Position numbers and translations under genes: made by a program. Of a stretch of DNA of 64,000 nucleotides, positions 18,351 through 27,375 are shown piece by piece. The notes under the pieces were generated by a model. It was given only the letters and a program-made list of their open reading frames with translations, did no database searches and was not told the DNA's origin. Location of the stretch: IMG/VR virus record IMGVR_UViG_3300030061_003170. One strand, written 5' to 3'. The stretch comes from a virus. Within the stretch, counting starts at the first letter, position 1, and each line of letters opens with the position of its first letter.

Positions 18351-19741
18351 TTGAGTAACCTTTTGATAAGTTTTTTATTTTCTTTAAGAATACTGTTGAT
18401 TGACTCTTTAAGATCTTCCCTTGATATAGCACCACTAACAGCACCGCCACTAGAGGTTTCTTCAAGGCCTCTCGACAAACGGTCTGATGCTCGACTAAAT
18501 GCAGCATTCATATATTTTTTAGATAATGTTTCATCGTCTTTAAAGGCAATAAAACCTTCATCTTCCCTTAGTCTGTTCACTATGTCAATAATTTTCTTAA
18601 CAAACGGTTTTTGTCGCTCAGGTGCGCCTCTATTTGCTTTGAATCTCTTCTGCGCTGCTTCAAGGGCCTCTTCGGGTTCACTATTTCCCTGATCGGCTAA
18701 GTACCTAACATAGCCCATAATAGGTGAACTTTTATACTGATGCCCACCTGGTCCCGGGAAGCCAATCTTTTTCAAGTCAGTAGTCCCCCAATAATCTTTA
18801 TTAAAATCTTGTTCAAGTGCGCCTTTAAATCCCTGAGCAATATTGGAAACATCTCTCTTGATCGTTCCTCCAATACCTCTGAGTGTGTCCATAATGCCTT
18901 CTTCAATCTCTTCTTTCTTTGGACACTTGCATTCCTCACCTTTACCTTCACATTCAGGACACTTTATGCCCATCTTTTCCAAGTCAGCATCAGTTGGTGT
19001 ATCACGTCCACTCGAGGTGAGACTTTGGGTGTATAGATCTTCTATTTTTTCGGCAGTTCTTTCTTTCTCTCCGTATTTTAAATTTACATATTTCTTCATA
19101 AAATCGGGATCTACACTATAGGTTACATTGGCTTCCTCGAGTTCTTCACCTCCAGAGGCACTAATAACATCAGCGCGTGTCACTTTGTCCTTTGGCGGCT
19201 CTAGTGCTGCAAGTTCATCCTGTGACAACTTCTTTTCATTAAGGATGTTTGTCTTGATTCCCCACTTCTCCATAAGGTTTTCAAACAATTCTTTGTTTTT
19301 CCATTCTCTAAGTGACATTTGATTCTCCTGTGTCTTTAAAGTATCCTCGTATTCACGAAGATAGTGATTACCTTCAAGCATTGCTTCTTGCTCTAATTCT
19401 TTTAAGGCTTCATTGTGTAAATAGTATCCTTCTCCATGATAGCCTCCAACGTCCAATCTGCCCTCTAAATTCTGTTGATGATGAATTAATTCATGGGCAA
19501 TTGAACGAAGCATGTCTTTTGGATGTCTACCATCAGTGTAAACATGTATCTCAAACGTCTGAGGATCGTAATACGCTGTCTTTCCAAGAGTATTGGGGGC
19601 ATTACTAGGGTCGGAGTCTAAGAAGAGCGTAGGAGGCCTAGAGAAGCCAATCTGATCATCGAAATGTTTGTACATTCCTTGAATATGCTGTTCAAGATCT
19701 CCGAGATCCATACCAGAATTGTTTATAACCTTACAATGCAT
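18347..19741 (-). CDS. HEXXH metallopeptidase-like domain with acidic modular C-terminus
   Basis: LRSIAHELIHHQQ..LEQEA. Confidence 0.65.
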   Translation of the reverse strand: MHCKVINNSGMDLGDLEQHIQGMYKHFDDQIGFSRPPTLFLDSDPSNAPNTLGKTAYYDPQTFEIHVYTDGRHPKDMLRSIAHELIHHQQNLEGRLDVGGYHGEGYYLHNEALKELEQEAMLEGNHYLREYEDTLKTQENQMSLREWKNKELFENLMEKWGIKTNILNEKKLSQDELAALEPPKDKVTRADVISASGGEELEEANVTYSVDPDFMKKYVNLKYGEKERTAEKIEDLYTQSLTSSGRDTPTDADLEKMGIKCPECEGKGEECKCPKKEEIEEGIMDTLRGIGGTIKRDVSNIAQGFKGALEQDFNKDYWGTTDLKKIGFPGPGGHQYKSSPIMGYVRYLADQGNSEPEEALEAAQKRFKANRGAPERQKPFVKKIIDIVNRLREDEGFIAFKDDETLSKKYMNAAFSRASDRLSRGLEETSSGGAVSGAISREDLKESINSILKENKKLIKRLLK

Positions 19742-19748
19742 ACACTAA

Positions 19749-20009
19749 TTAGTCCTTTGAATCCATTTTACGTAACATATGAATTAAGACATTTGTCGAT
19801 ATGTTTTGTCCAAACGGTACTATTTTTGCCATCACAACATACCGGGACCCTTCAGGTATACTAATGATATCTGTTATAGTGCCATAATTGATCACATTTT
19901 CGTAACCATTAGGTCCATAAACAAATTCAGTCCAATAAACTAAGTCACCTATGTCAAATTTTGACACAAATGACTCTCCAAATGAGTTATTTTTAACTGA
20001 ATTGATCAT
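19749..20009 (-). CDS. SH3/KOW-like small protein
   Basis: FDIGDLVYW..YGTITDI. Confidence 0.55.
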   Translation of the reverse strand: MINSVKNNSFGESFVSKFDIGDLVYWTEFVYGPNGYENVINYGTITDIISIPEGSRYVVMAKIVPFGQNISTNVLIHMLRKMDSKD

Positions 20010-20147
20010 AAATAAGTTATTTTATAAAGCACAGATAGAATAAAAGACAAATTGAAACAAACTCTGCTCCAAAAACTACGTAGAATAACATTGTTACGAG
20101 AAGCAAAACGGTTAAGGTAAAATAATTTTTTATTTTTTCATCCAACA

Positions 20148-20477
20148 TCAATTAAATCCTAGCAAAATCACTTCTTCTTTAGGTACTCTGATGATTAAAC
20201 CACTTGCGGCAACATAATGAGAGTATAAATAGTAGTATTTGTCTTCATCTGGGTCTTTCCAAGGCATAACGAAGTATTCAGACCGTCTTGGGACCCTAAC
20301 TGGCTTCTTATCAGTAAAAGAATAGTAGTGACCGTAGCCTTCCCCTTTTATAATTGCCAAAGGAAGCAACTGACCAGTGTCAGAGATGGTAAATGATTGC
20401 ATTTTCGTGGCTAAAGCACGCGGTTTTTTGTAAAGACTCTCTTTGCTTATCTTGTTTAAGAGTTTTTTCTTACTCAC
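20148..20477 (-). CDS. hypothetical protein
   Basis: ORF; GTG start overlapping upstream stop is assumed. Confidence 0.5.
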   Translation of the reverse strand: MSKKKLLNKISKESLYKKPRALATKMQSFTISDTGQLLPLAIIKGEGYGHYYSFTDKKPVRVPRRSEYFVMPWKDPDEDKYYYLYSHYVAASGLIIRVPKEEVILLGFN

Positions 20478-21699
20478 CGCCGCCACCGTCTCCTCCGCCG
20501 CCGTCTCCGAACGAACCATCAGAAGATGAGGTGTCATAATAGCCTCCATAAGGCCAGTATGCTACTTTACGTCTTCTTTTTTTAGATTTTTTCTTCTTTT
20601 TCTTGCGTTTTTTCTTTTTTTCATCCAAATCATTGGTGATTTTAATTTTTATTTTTCTTTTTTGCTCTTTTTCTTCCTCAAAAACACCAAAACCAACAGG
20701 AGCATTCTCTCCTCGGTTATAATCCTTGACTCTTTTGAGTCCTTGCGCCCCAGTTGACTTAGCGCCCCCCTGTCCGATCAGCGCTTTCTTTTTTTTGGCA
20801 TACCCTTTCTTCATTCTTTTCTGAAAAGTGTACGATTCTTCAAGGGTTGCATCACTTTCATACAGGTCAATGCATCTTTTAAGCAACTCAGTGGCGCCTT
20901 CTTTGGCTTTTATCATGATATGTTCAATATCATGGACATAATATTCAGTATTTTCCTGATCCAGTTGTATCACACCGTCCAATTCATCGCTTGAATAGTT
21001 TGTTCTGCCGAGAAAATAGTGTATTGTTTCATCTTTTCCTCTAAAACTGAACTCTTGTGACTCAATATACTGCAGGTGGACCATTTGAAAACCAATTTCT
21101 TCCCTTACTTCTCTAAAAAACCCATAGTTTGGAGTCTCACCAGAGCGACAGTGGCCACCTGGAACATCCCATTCGCCTGTATCTGCTCTTTTAAGGATGA
21201 TTAAGCGATCATCTGAAGTCTTAACAAAGCCTTTTGACACATTATCGGTGTCTTCAAGCCCTTCATCAGGATACTTGACCACAATATCAAAGTCATCATG
21301 CAGTTTTCTAAAGGCAACTATGCCTTCGTGTTCTTTAGGACAGTCATCAAAGTGTAGAGACGACCCTAATTCGTATAGTTTTTGTGCTTTTAACTGACCT
21401 TCAGTGTAATAAACAGGCACATCGATTTCTAGTTTCTCTAAATATGTGCTAACTGCGAAGCGTGGCTTCTCTAAAGCCTTTCTTCTAGCGGTCACAATCA
21501 AGACAGAGTAACCTTTTTTCTGAAATTGTTTTAAAGTGGCAACCATTTGTTGGTTAATCCCACCAAAACGCCAGTCATCTTCACCTTCTTCGTCAAACAT
21601 TTCGTGATGAAAGACTAAAGTGTTGTCAAAATCAAAGGTGACAACCTTTCCGTTTTTATTTTCGTTAAGATTTTCCATAATTTTTAAATATTTTTTCAT
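20470..21699 (-). CDS. HAD phosphatase + NUDIX hydrolase fusion with Lys-rich tail
   Basis: FDFDNTL..VTAR..K..HFDD; PGGHCRSGETPNYGFFREVREEIG Nudix box; promoter TTGACA-N17-TATATT at 21719-21747. Confidence 0.85.
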   Translation of the reverse strand: MKKYLKIMENLNENKNGKVVTFDFDNTLVFHHEMFDEEGEDDWRFGGINQQMVATLKQFQKKGYSVLIVTARRKALEKPRFAVSTYLEKLEIDVPVYYTEGQLKAQKLYELGSSLHFDDCPKEHEGIVAFRKLHDDFDIVVKYPDEGLEDTDNVSKGFVKTSDDRLIILKRADTGEWDVPGGHCRSGETPNYGFFREVREEIGFQMVHLQYIESQEFSFRGKDETIHYFLGRTNYSSDELDGVIQLDQENTEYYVHDIEHIMIKAKEGATELLKRCIDLYESDATLEESYTFQKRMKKGYAKKKKALIGQGGAKSTGAQGLKRVKDYNRGENAPVGFGVFEEEKEQKRKIKIKITNDLDEKKKKRKKKKKKSKKRRRKVAYWPYGGYYDTSSSDGSFGDGGGGDGGGGE

Positions 21700-21756
21700 T
21701 TATAAGTCACCTATTATTAATATAACACATTTGTGTTAAGTTGTCAAGTTGTTATT

Positions 21757-23247
21757 TTAACTAACTTGGCTAAAATTACCAAAATCAATTATAACTATTT
21801 CTCCGGTATCGTCCTTTACCATCACATTAAGGCTGTGAAGGTCTCTTGGTACCAATCCAACCTCATCTCTAAGGGCAACAAATGATCTTTCAAGCGATTT
21901 TGCTGCTTCTGGCATGTCCTCACGTCTCCCACCGGCAGTGTTATCCAGTGTAGATGAGTAATACCCAGTAGGGATCACTGTAAACTGTCTCGGATACTGA
22001 ACGGCATCCTCAATCATCATGATAATTTCGCTAACCATGTCCTCTCTGTAGGGTAATCTGGCAATTACTTCAACAATTGAAGCAATAACAGCCATAATTC
22101 CAAGTTTTGACACCATTCTGTCGCCATAATCTGAGTTTATGACCCTTTCTGTGTTGTCAATTGCTCTTGCGGTCCTAGGAAACGCCTCTAAAACGTTATT
22201 TTTGGCAATATTGTACCTTGTAAGCATCGCATCGTCAGAAATTCTATCAATATTTACAAAATAATTGTAAAAAACGCCCATTGCGGCATCACGAAAGCCT
22301 TGAGCAATCTTAACTTCCTCTGGACCCATCGCAGACCAGTCTAATTCTGACATTAAGCCTTGATATAGATCAGCAACCATGTCTTCGACCTGTCCTATGC
22401 TGTGTAAAAAGACATTTTCTACTCTTCTATCAACACTAACCTCTCTATCTTGCAGTTGAGGTTCGTCTGAGAGCGGCAATGGTTCATTAAAACCCAAATT
22501 ATCTCTCTGCAAGTAATATTCAAGGCCAGCAAACAGACTATTTACAATTTCTTGAGAGTAAGGACTAGGCTTAACCAGTTCCATGATGACATAACCAAGT
22601 ATTCCATCGTCAATTATCTTCATTCCGCCTTCATAAACCTTTGGAAAGTGCTTTGCAACCTTTTCATTGGCATCTACAGCAATACCTACGTTCTCATAAT
22701 TACTGATTTCCTGCTGTATCTTGAAAGTATCGGCAGATCCTGGTTGGTTTCCAGTCTCACTGCTAAGAATCTTTACCGCAACCACTCCAAACTCAGGGTG
22801 ATTTCCCTTGTAAACGTTACCAAACTTACCAGATGCGATGTATTCGAGGCCAGAAACTCCAATTAAGTTCTCTATCTCCATCGCATTCAACTCTTCTTTG
22901 ATAACTTCCTTTAATTCACCCATGTCTCTTAGCACGGAGGCAACATAAGCAGAAGCCTTTTTTTTAGATAGACCCTTGGTTCGCTTAATGCAACGCACTT
23001 TGCCATCAAAAGTTTTGTTATCAAAACAATCTTTTTTCTTTTCCTCTAGGGTTCCATCTCCATAACCACCACCGTATTCCCAATCGGGTTCATCCCAGTG
23101 AAATGCTTTGGCTTCTAGTTCCAACTCATCTTCCATTACATTTTGAAGACCTTGGTGTTGAGATCTTTCAACATGCCCCGCATGCTCTGCCTCTCCAGAA
23201 TGAATTTTTATCCTGAAATATCCCTTTGTCCCGCTGGTTGAAAACAT
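21757..23247 (-). CDS. Ser/Thr protein kinase-like protein with large internal insertion
   Basis: ASGKFGNVY, VAVK, alphaC E, VIMELV, RDLHSLNVM, IIDFG. Confidence 0.8.
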   Translation of the reverse strand: MFSTSGTKGYFRIKIHSGEAEHAGHVERSQHQGLQNVMEDELELEAKAFHWDEPDWEYGGGYGDGTLEEKKKDCFDNKTFDGKVRCIKRTKGLSKKKASAYVASVLRDMGELKEVIKEELNAMEIENLIGVSGLEYIASGKFGNVYKGNHPEFGVVAVKILSSETGNQPGSADTFKIQQEISNYENVGIAVDANEKVAKHFPKVYEGGMKIIDDGILGYVIMELVKPSPYSQEIVNSLFAGLEYYLQRDNLGFNEPLPLSDEPQLQDREVSVDRRVENVFLHSIGQVEDMVADLYQGLMSELDWSAMGPEEVKIAQGFRDAAMGVFYNYFVNIDRISDDAMLTRYNIAKNNVLEAFPRTARAIDNTERVINSDYGDRMVSKLGIMAVIASIVEVIARLPYREDMVSEIIMMIEDAVQYPRQFTVIPTGYYSSTLDNTAGGRREDMPEAAKSLERSFVALRDEVGLVPRDLHSLNVMVKDDTGEIVIIDFGNFSQVS

Positions 23248-23275
23248 AAATTACCCTTTAAACACTATAAATAGT

Positions 23276-24826
23276 TTAACAACCCCAAACTGCATACTCT
23301 ATTTCGATTGTTTGACCCTCTGCTGGAACGTGGCCTTCATTGAAAGTAACTGAATTAGTGACAGAATCATAAGTCCATTCAGATGAGACTTGACCATTGA
23401 CAGTCACGATTATCGTATCTAGTATTGGATCTTCTTCATCTAGTCCGTATGTAACACGGTCAGTTAAGGTAGAACCTAGTGCCTGCAGTTGAGTGCCCCA
23501 ATCAACAGCGCACAATGAATACCAGTCTCCACCATAGTGATTAACAAGATCCCAATAGCCAGCACCAAACTCAATGTTTCTAGGGAACGCATGTACGGTT
23601 GATTGACACCCTGTTGGAGGGTCTCCAATAACAGCATAAGGAACAAACATGCCGGTATCCTTGAGGCCATCGAAGAATTGAAGATAAGTAACCCATGGAG
23701 CAGACCAGTCCTTCTCATCAGAAACAAAAATCACAATGAGCGAAGCCTCGTCCCTAAAAAATTGTGATCCAGGACCGGCAATTGCAGGGTTCGATAGCGC
23801 TTGAAATGCCATCTCTATGCCTTGTTCCATCCCGGCACCCATGATACCTACGTTAACCATATTGGCGAGTGCCATCTCCGGCATAGGCGTTCCATTGTTG
23901 ATAATTCCATGGAGGTAAGGACTAGTAGTTGTTATTACAGACATATTGTAGTCAGGCGCACTAGCAAGAAATGCTTGGAAAAAAGAAAATATTTGATTTG
24001 CCAATAGAGATTGGTAAGGATTCATAGAACCAGAATCATCGATAACCCATAGAATGTCAAGAATCTCAATGGGAGTTTGCTCGTGTCTTTGATAATGCCA
24101 TTGCTCAACGTCACCACTTCCTTCTTGTTCAGCAGTAACCTCAGGACGAATAGGATCATTTGATTCAATAACGACTTCGCTTCGATCCCACCCAACATCA
24201 CTCGGAACATAGGTGACAAGAAAATCAATTTCGGTATCAGGTTCAATCGTCCAAGGAGGCGGAGGCATCGACCCAAAATTTATTTTTATATCAACGGGAT
24301 TGTTTACCATTTGAGATACATTCTCGATAACCAAAGGCATATTGCCATCATTTCGAAGTGTAACTCGCTCCTCATTGTCACAACCTATCGATACATCGCC
24401 ATAATCAAACAGAGACGGCGTTACAGACAAGACGGGGGCATTACCATAGCCTTCCAAGTGAACGCGCACTACAGGCTCATCAGGGTCATTAGATGCAATC
24501 TCAATAAACCCACCATTGGATTCAAATGTCTGGGGAATGTATGATACATCAAATACAAGATGTTCTCCTGGTGCAATCACCCATGACTGTTCCGGAATAC
24601 CACCCAGAGAGAAGCGATCATTTCCCGATACCAATTGAGGAGTCTGGATTGTAAGATCGCGTTGCCCACTGTTAATAACGGCAAACTCTTCCAGTGCGGT
24701 TTCTTCACCGGAGGTGAGATGCCCAAAATTTATATGCTCCGGAAATGCCATGATGTTTTGCACATCAGGTTTTGCGGTTAACGCAATGTCCGAGCACCCC
24801 AGTAAAGCAAGTAAAATCCATAACAT
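23276..24826 (-). CDS. lipoprotein with two Ig-like (ASH/choice-of-anchor-D-like) domains and a vWA domain
   Basis: LLALLGC lipobox; two FG..N.G..L.I..V.Y.P..I.SNDP repeats; DILWVIDDSGSM MIDAS, FVSDE. Confidence 0.75.
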   Translation of the reverse strand: MLWILLALLGCSDIALTAKPDVQNIMAFPEHINFGHLTSGEETALEEFAVINSGQRDLTIQTPQLVSGNDRFSLGGIPEQSWVIAPGEHLVFDVSYIPQTFESNGGFIEIASNDPDEPVVRVHLEGYGNAPVLSVTPSLFDYGDVSIGCDNEERVTLRNDGNMPLVIENVSQMVNNPVDIKINFGSMPPPPWTIEPDTEIDFLVTYVPSDVGWDRSEVVIESNDPIRPEVTAEQEGSGDVEQWHYQRHEQTPIEILDILWVIDDSGSMNPYQSLLANQIFSFFQAFLASAPDYNMSVITTTSPYLHGIINNGTPMPEMALANMVNVGIMGAGMEQGIEMAFQALSNPAIAGPGSQFFRDEASLIVIFVSDEKDWSAPWVTYLQFFDGLKDTGMFVPYAVIGDPPTGCQSTVHAFPRNIEFGAGYWDLVNHYGGDWYSLCAVDWGTQLQALGSTLTDRVTYGLDEEDPILDTIIVTVNGQVSSEWTYDSVTNSVTFNEGHVPAEGQTIEIEYAVWGC

Positions 24827-24833
24827 AAAAAAC

Positions 24834-24855
24834 CCTCCTATAGTTAAATAGGAGG
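24834..24855 (-). promoter_or_regulatory. RBS-sequestering hairpin/terminator containing the CTATTTA motif
   Basis: CCTCCTAT-TTAACT-ATAGGAGG then GTTTTTT ATG. Confidence 0.6.
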
Positions 24856-24890
24856 ACTTTCACACAATTGTCAATTAAGAGGCAATTTTA

Positions 24891-25556
24891 TCATACATAC
24901 TGGCCCGGAGACGTACTGCGTTGATTTTGTTCGATTTGCGCATTTTCGAATCCAACGTAGTATCTATCCTGCTCTTCATCGGTTAAGTCATCAGGGTTAA
25001 TTTCATTTTGACCTTCCATTTTACCACCAGCGGCACCATCAGCCCTACCGGCCATTTCAATATTCAACAAGTGCTCGGCTTCCAACTCTTGCAGTGCTGG
25101 AAGAAGAGGCGAATTAAGAACGCTTTGGATAAATTCGAGTCGTTCCTTTAAATCTTCAATGTCTTCGGGACGATCAAAGGCTAGGTCATAGGACATATCC
25201 ACCATTTGATTATAGTGTCGCTCATCCGTTTCATCCATCAAGGGAGAAAGAAGCGGCTCAACTTGGCTAATGTAACCACCATACGGTTGCAGCAGTTTTG
25301 GTAGCCCACCATTGTCTTCACCTGGGGCACCGTCTAACACATGCTCAAGAGCACTCTCAATAAATTCTTCTTCTTCGGTTATATAGTCATCGAGGTTATT
25401 GATTTGCACCAGTACAGCACTGATTTCACCGATTGCTTGCACGGCACCGTCTGCCATTTGTTTAATAAGATAATATATATTATCTTCTCCTTCATTCATC
25501 ACGGCATCAATCTCTTCCTTGATGATTTGCAATATTTGTTTTTGTGTAAATTTCAT
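24891..25556 (-). CDS. acidic protein with MKFT..IIKEEI leader
   Basis: MKFTQKQILQIIKEEIDAVMNE. Confidence 0.7.
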   Translation of the reverse strand: MKFTQKQILQIIKEEIDAVMNEGEDNIYYLIKQMADGAVQAIGEISAVLVQINNLDDYITEEEEFIESALEHVLDGAPGEDNGGLPKLLQPYGGYISQVEPLLSPLMDETDERHYNQMVDMSYDLAFDRPEDIEDLKERLEFIQSVLNSPLLPALQELEAEHLLNIEMAGRADGAAGGKMEGQNEINPDDLTDEEQDRYYVGFENAQIEQNQRSTSPGQYV

Positions 25557-25566
25557 TGTTTATTCC

Positions 25567-25872
25567 TTATATTAATGCGAATGCATCATCGCCGTCGTCA
25601 TCTTTTACCATTTTAATCGCTTCGTTTTCAAGCATTTCTTTAAGTGCTTCTTCAAGTTGTTGTGTGAGTTTTGGTATAGCGGTTGGACTTGGTGCTGGAT
25701 TTCCTGGTGAGTCATCACCATATATTTCATCAAACAATTCTTTGAAAGTAAAATTTCCAAATTGTAATTCATCTTTTATTTCTTGTTCTAGATCCATGTG
25801 ATCATCTTCACTAAGCACGGCGGCGATTTCTTCCTTGATTATTTGCGTTATTTGTTCTAATGTAAACTTCAT
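25567..25872 (-). CDS. acidic protein with MKFT..IIKEEI leader
   Basis: MKFTLEQITQIIKEEIAAVLSE. Confidence 0.7.
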   Translation of the reverse strand: MKFTLEQITQIIKEEIAAVLSEDDHMDLEQEIKDELQFGNFTFKELFDEIYGDDSPGNPAPSPTAIPKLTQQLEEALKEMLENEAIKMVKDDDGDDAFALI

Positions 25873-26459
25873 GATAATTCTTTCTCAATTTTGTCGGCAA
25901 GTTTTGGATTAATTTCTCTAAGATCCTGCATGGTAAAATCTAAATCTTGGGGGTTTGGAATTTGTATACTGTTTAGTGATTCTAAAAGCACTTGTGCTAA
26001 TTTTATAATCTCTGGCATTCTAAAATATCTTGGATTGAGATCGCCCGCTGTACCAGGAATCATCGCATCCGAATTCATAAAGAGACCTTTCATATAGGAT
26101 TGCGTTTTTTCATCTACACCAGATTCTTCAATCGCGTATTTCATAGTGTAATCAACCGCATTCGGGAGAAATCGTTGGTCAAAAATATCTAATGCTTTCT
26201 CATTTGCGGGTGGCCTCATTCGTGGGAGGTCTTGTAGAGCGGCTACATCTTTTGTAGGTTCACCCGTGTAACCGGTTTGATCATCAGGCTCAAAATAAGT
26301 TAAAGCGTTAGGGCTTGCTGCATCTGCGAGAAAAAACTTCACCATCATAATAGGAATTATCGGCAACGACGGACCCCTTTGATCGTTCACTTCTTCTCCC
26401 AATACAGCAGCAATTTCTTCTTTGATAATATTCATCACTTGTTCTTGTGTAAACTTCAT
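25869..26459 (-). CDS. protein with MKFT..IIKEEI leader
   Basis: MKFTQEQVMNIIKEEIAAVLGE; GGAG RBS. Confidence 0.7.
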   Translation of the reverse strand: MKFTQEQVMNIIKEEIAAVLGEEVNDQRGPSLPIIPIMMVKFFLADAASPNALTYFEPDDQTGYTGEPTKDVAALQDLPRMRPPANEKALDIFDQRFLPNAVDYTMKYAIEESGVDEKTQSYMKGLFMNSDAMIPGTAGDLNPRYFRMPEIIKLAQVLLESLNSIQIPNPQDLDFTMQDLREINPKLADKIEKELS

Positions 26460-26730
26460 TTAAATCTCCAAAATTTTTTCCCGGAATTTTTCGGGGTTCA
26501 ACATTTATAAGTAGTGGCTTTAAACACAAAAAAACGGCTCTTAACCCAAATGAGTTAAAAACCGAAATCTGGCAAAATTTCTTAGCGATGTTGAATGTAC
26601 CTCCGCTGCGCTACGGCCCGCGACCCTATTGTAAGTACTTATTTCGGACGGCCCTGGGTGGCAGGGGGGAGGGGGGAGGACCCCCCACCGTCGAAACGTG
26701 TTTCGGTCTGTTTCGGTGTTCGTTGTTTCG

Positions 26731-27375
26731 TTATGCTTCGGGCTGCATCTCGGTGAACTGCTCACCCAACTCGGCAAGCATCCACTCGGGAACGTCGGCA
26801 TCCTCGGCATCGTCGTACCCCCCGTCTACGGTAGCGGTGCGCTGGGCTTCGTCGGCAATCTCTTGCAACTTGCGAGCCTTGACTTCTGCGATAGGCTCAG
26901 GCTTGACACAGCCACGCCCAGTGAACTCTGCCTCAAAGGTATCGTAGCGGTCGTCACCAACGAGGATCACGCTGTCGATAGAACGGTCAAGCAGCCACAA
27001 CTCCTTTTCTGACTTGGAGCCGAAAGAGATACAGTCAGCAATCTGGCGTAGTGTCTCAGTGACGAAACCACCAAGGCCAAACTTAGCGACACGCTCAACG
27101 TCGAAACGCAAGGTATCGATTTGCTCACACTGAAGCAGGGTAATACCGGCACCTCCCATAACGCCATTGAAAAGAACGTAGCAGTCACCGTGGAACATAG
27201 AGTAAGCAGCATTGCCATTATCGCGCACGCTCTGAGCAGGGTAACGTCGGTGTTCAAGAACCTCGTCAATGGTATTGGTGATAAGGGTACGTGCTTCCAC
27301 ACGGTCCTCGATGCTGATAGCAGCACGTCGGTTAGCAAGTTCGTTAGCGATGAAAGTTTCTACTGAGTTAGGCAT
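26731..27375 (-). CDS. hypothetical early protein
   Basis: 214 aa, AAGGAG RBS, own promoter at 27416-27444. Confidence 0.7.
   Translation of the reverse strand: MPNSVETFIANELANRRAAISIEDRVEARTLITNTIDEVLEHRRYPAQSVRDNGNAAYSMFHGDCYVLFNGVMGGAGITLLQCEQIDTLRFDVERVAKFGLGGFVTETLRQIADCISFGSKSEKELWLLDRSIDSVILVGDDRYDTFEAEFTGRGCVKPEPIAEVKARKLQEIADEAQRTATVDGGYDDAEDADVPEWMLAELGEQFTEMQPEA

Noticed and set aside
23266-23273. T4 late promoter TATAAATA
   Set aside because: It is on the plus strand, opposite to the genes, and is simply the reverse complement of the CTATTTATA motif.
26541-26810. 89-aa ORF across the G/C-rich element
   Set aside because: It overlaps the real 26731 gene in another frame, has no RBS, and its poly-Pro comes from the homopolymer run.
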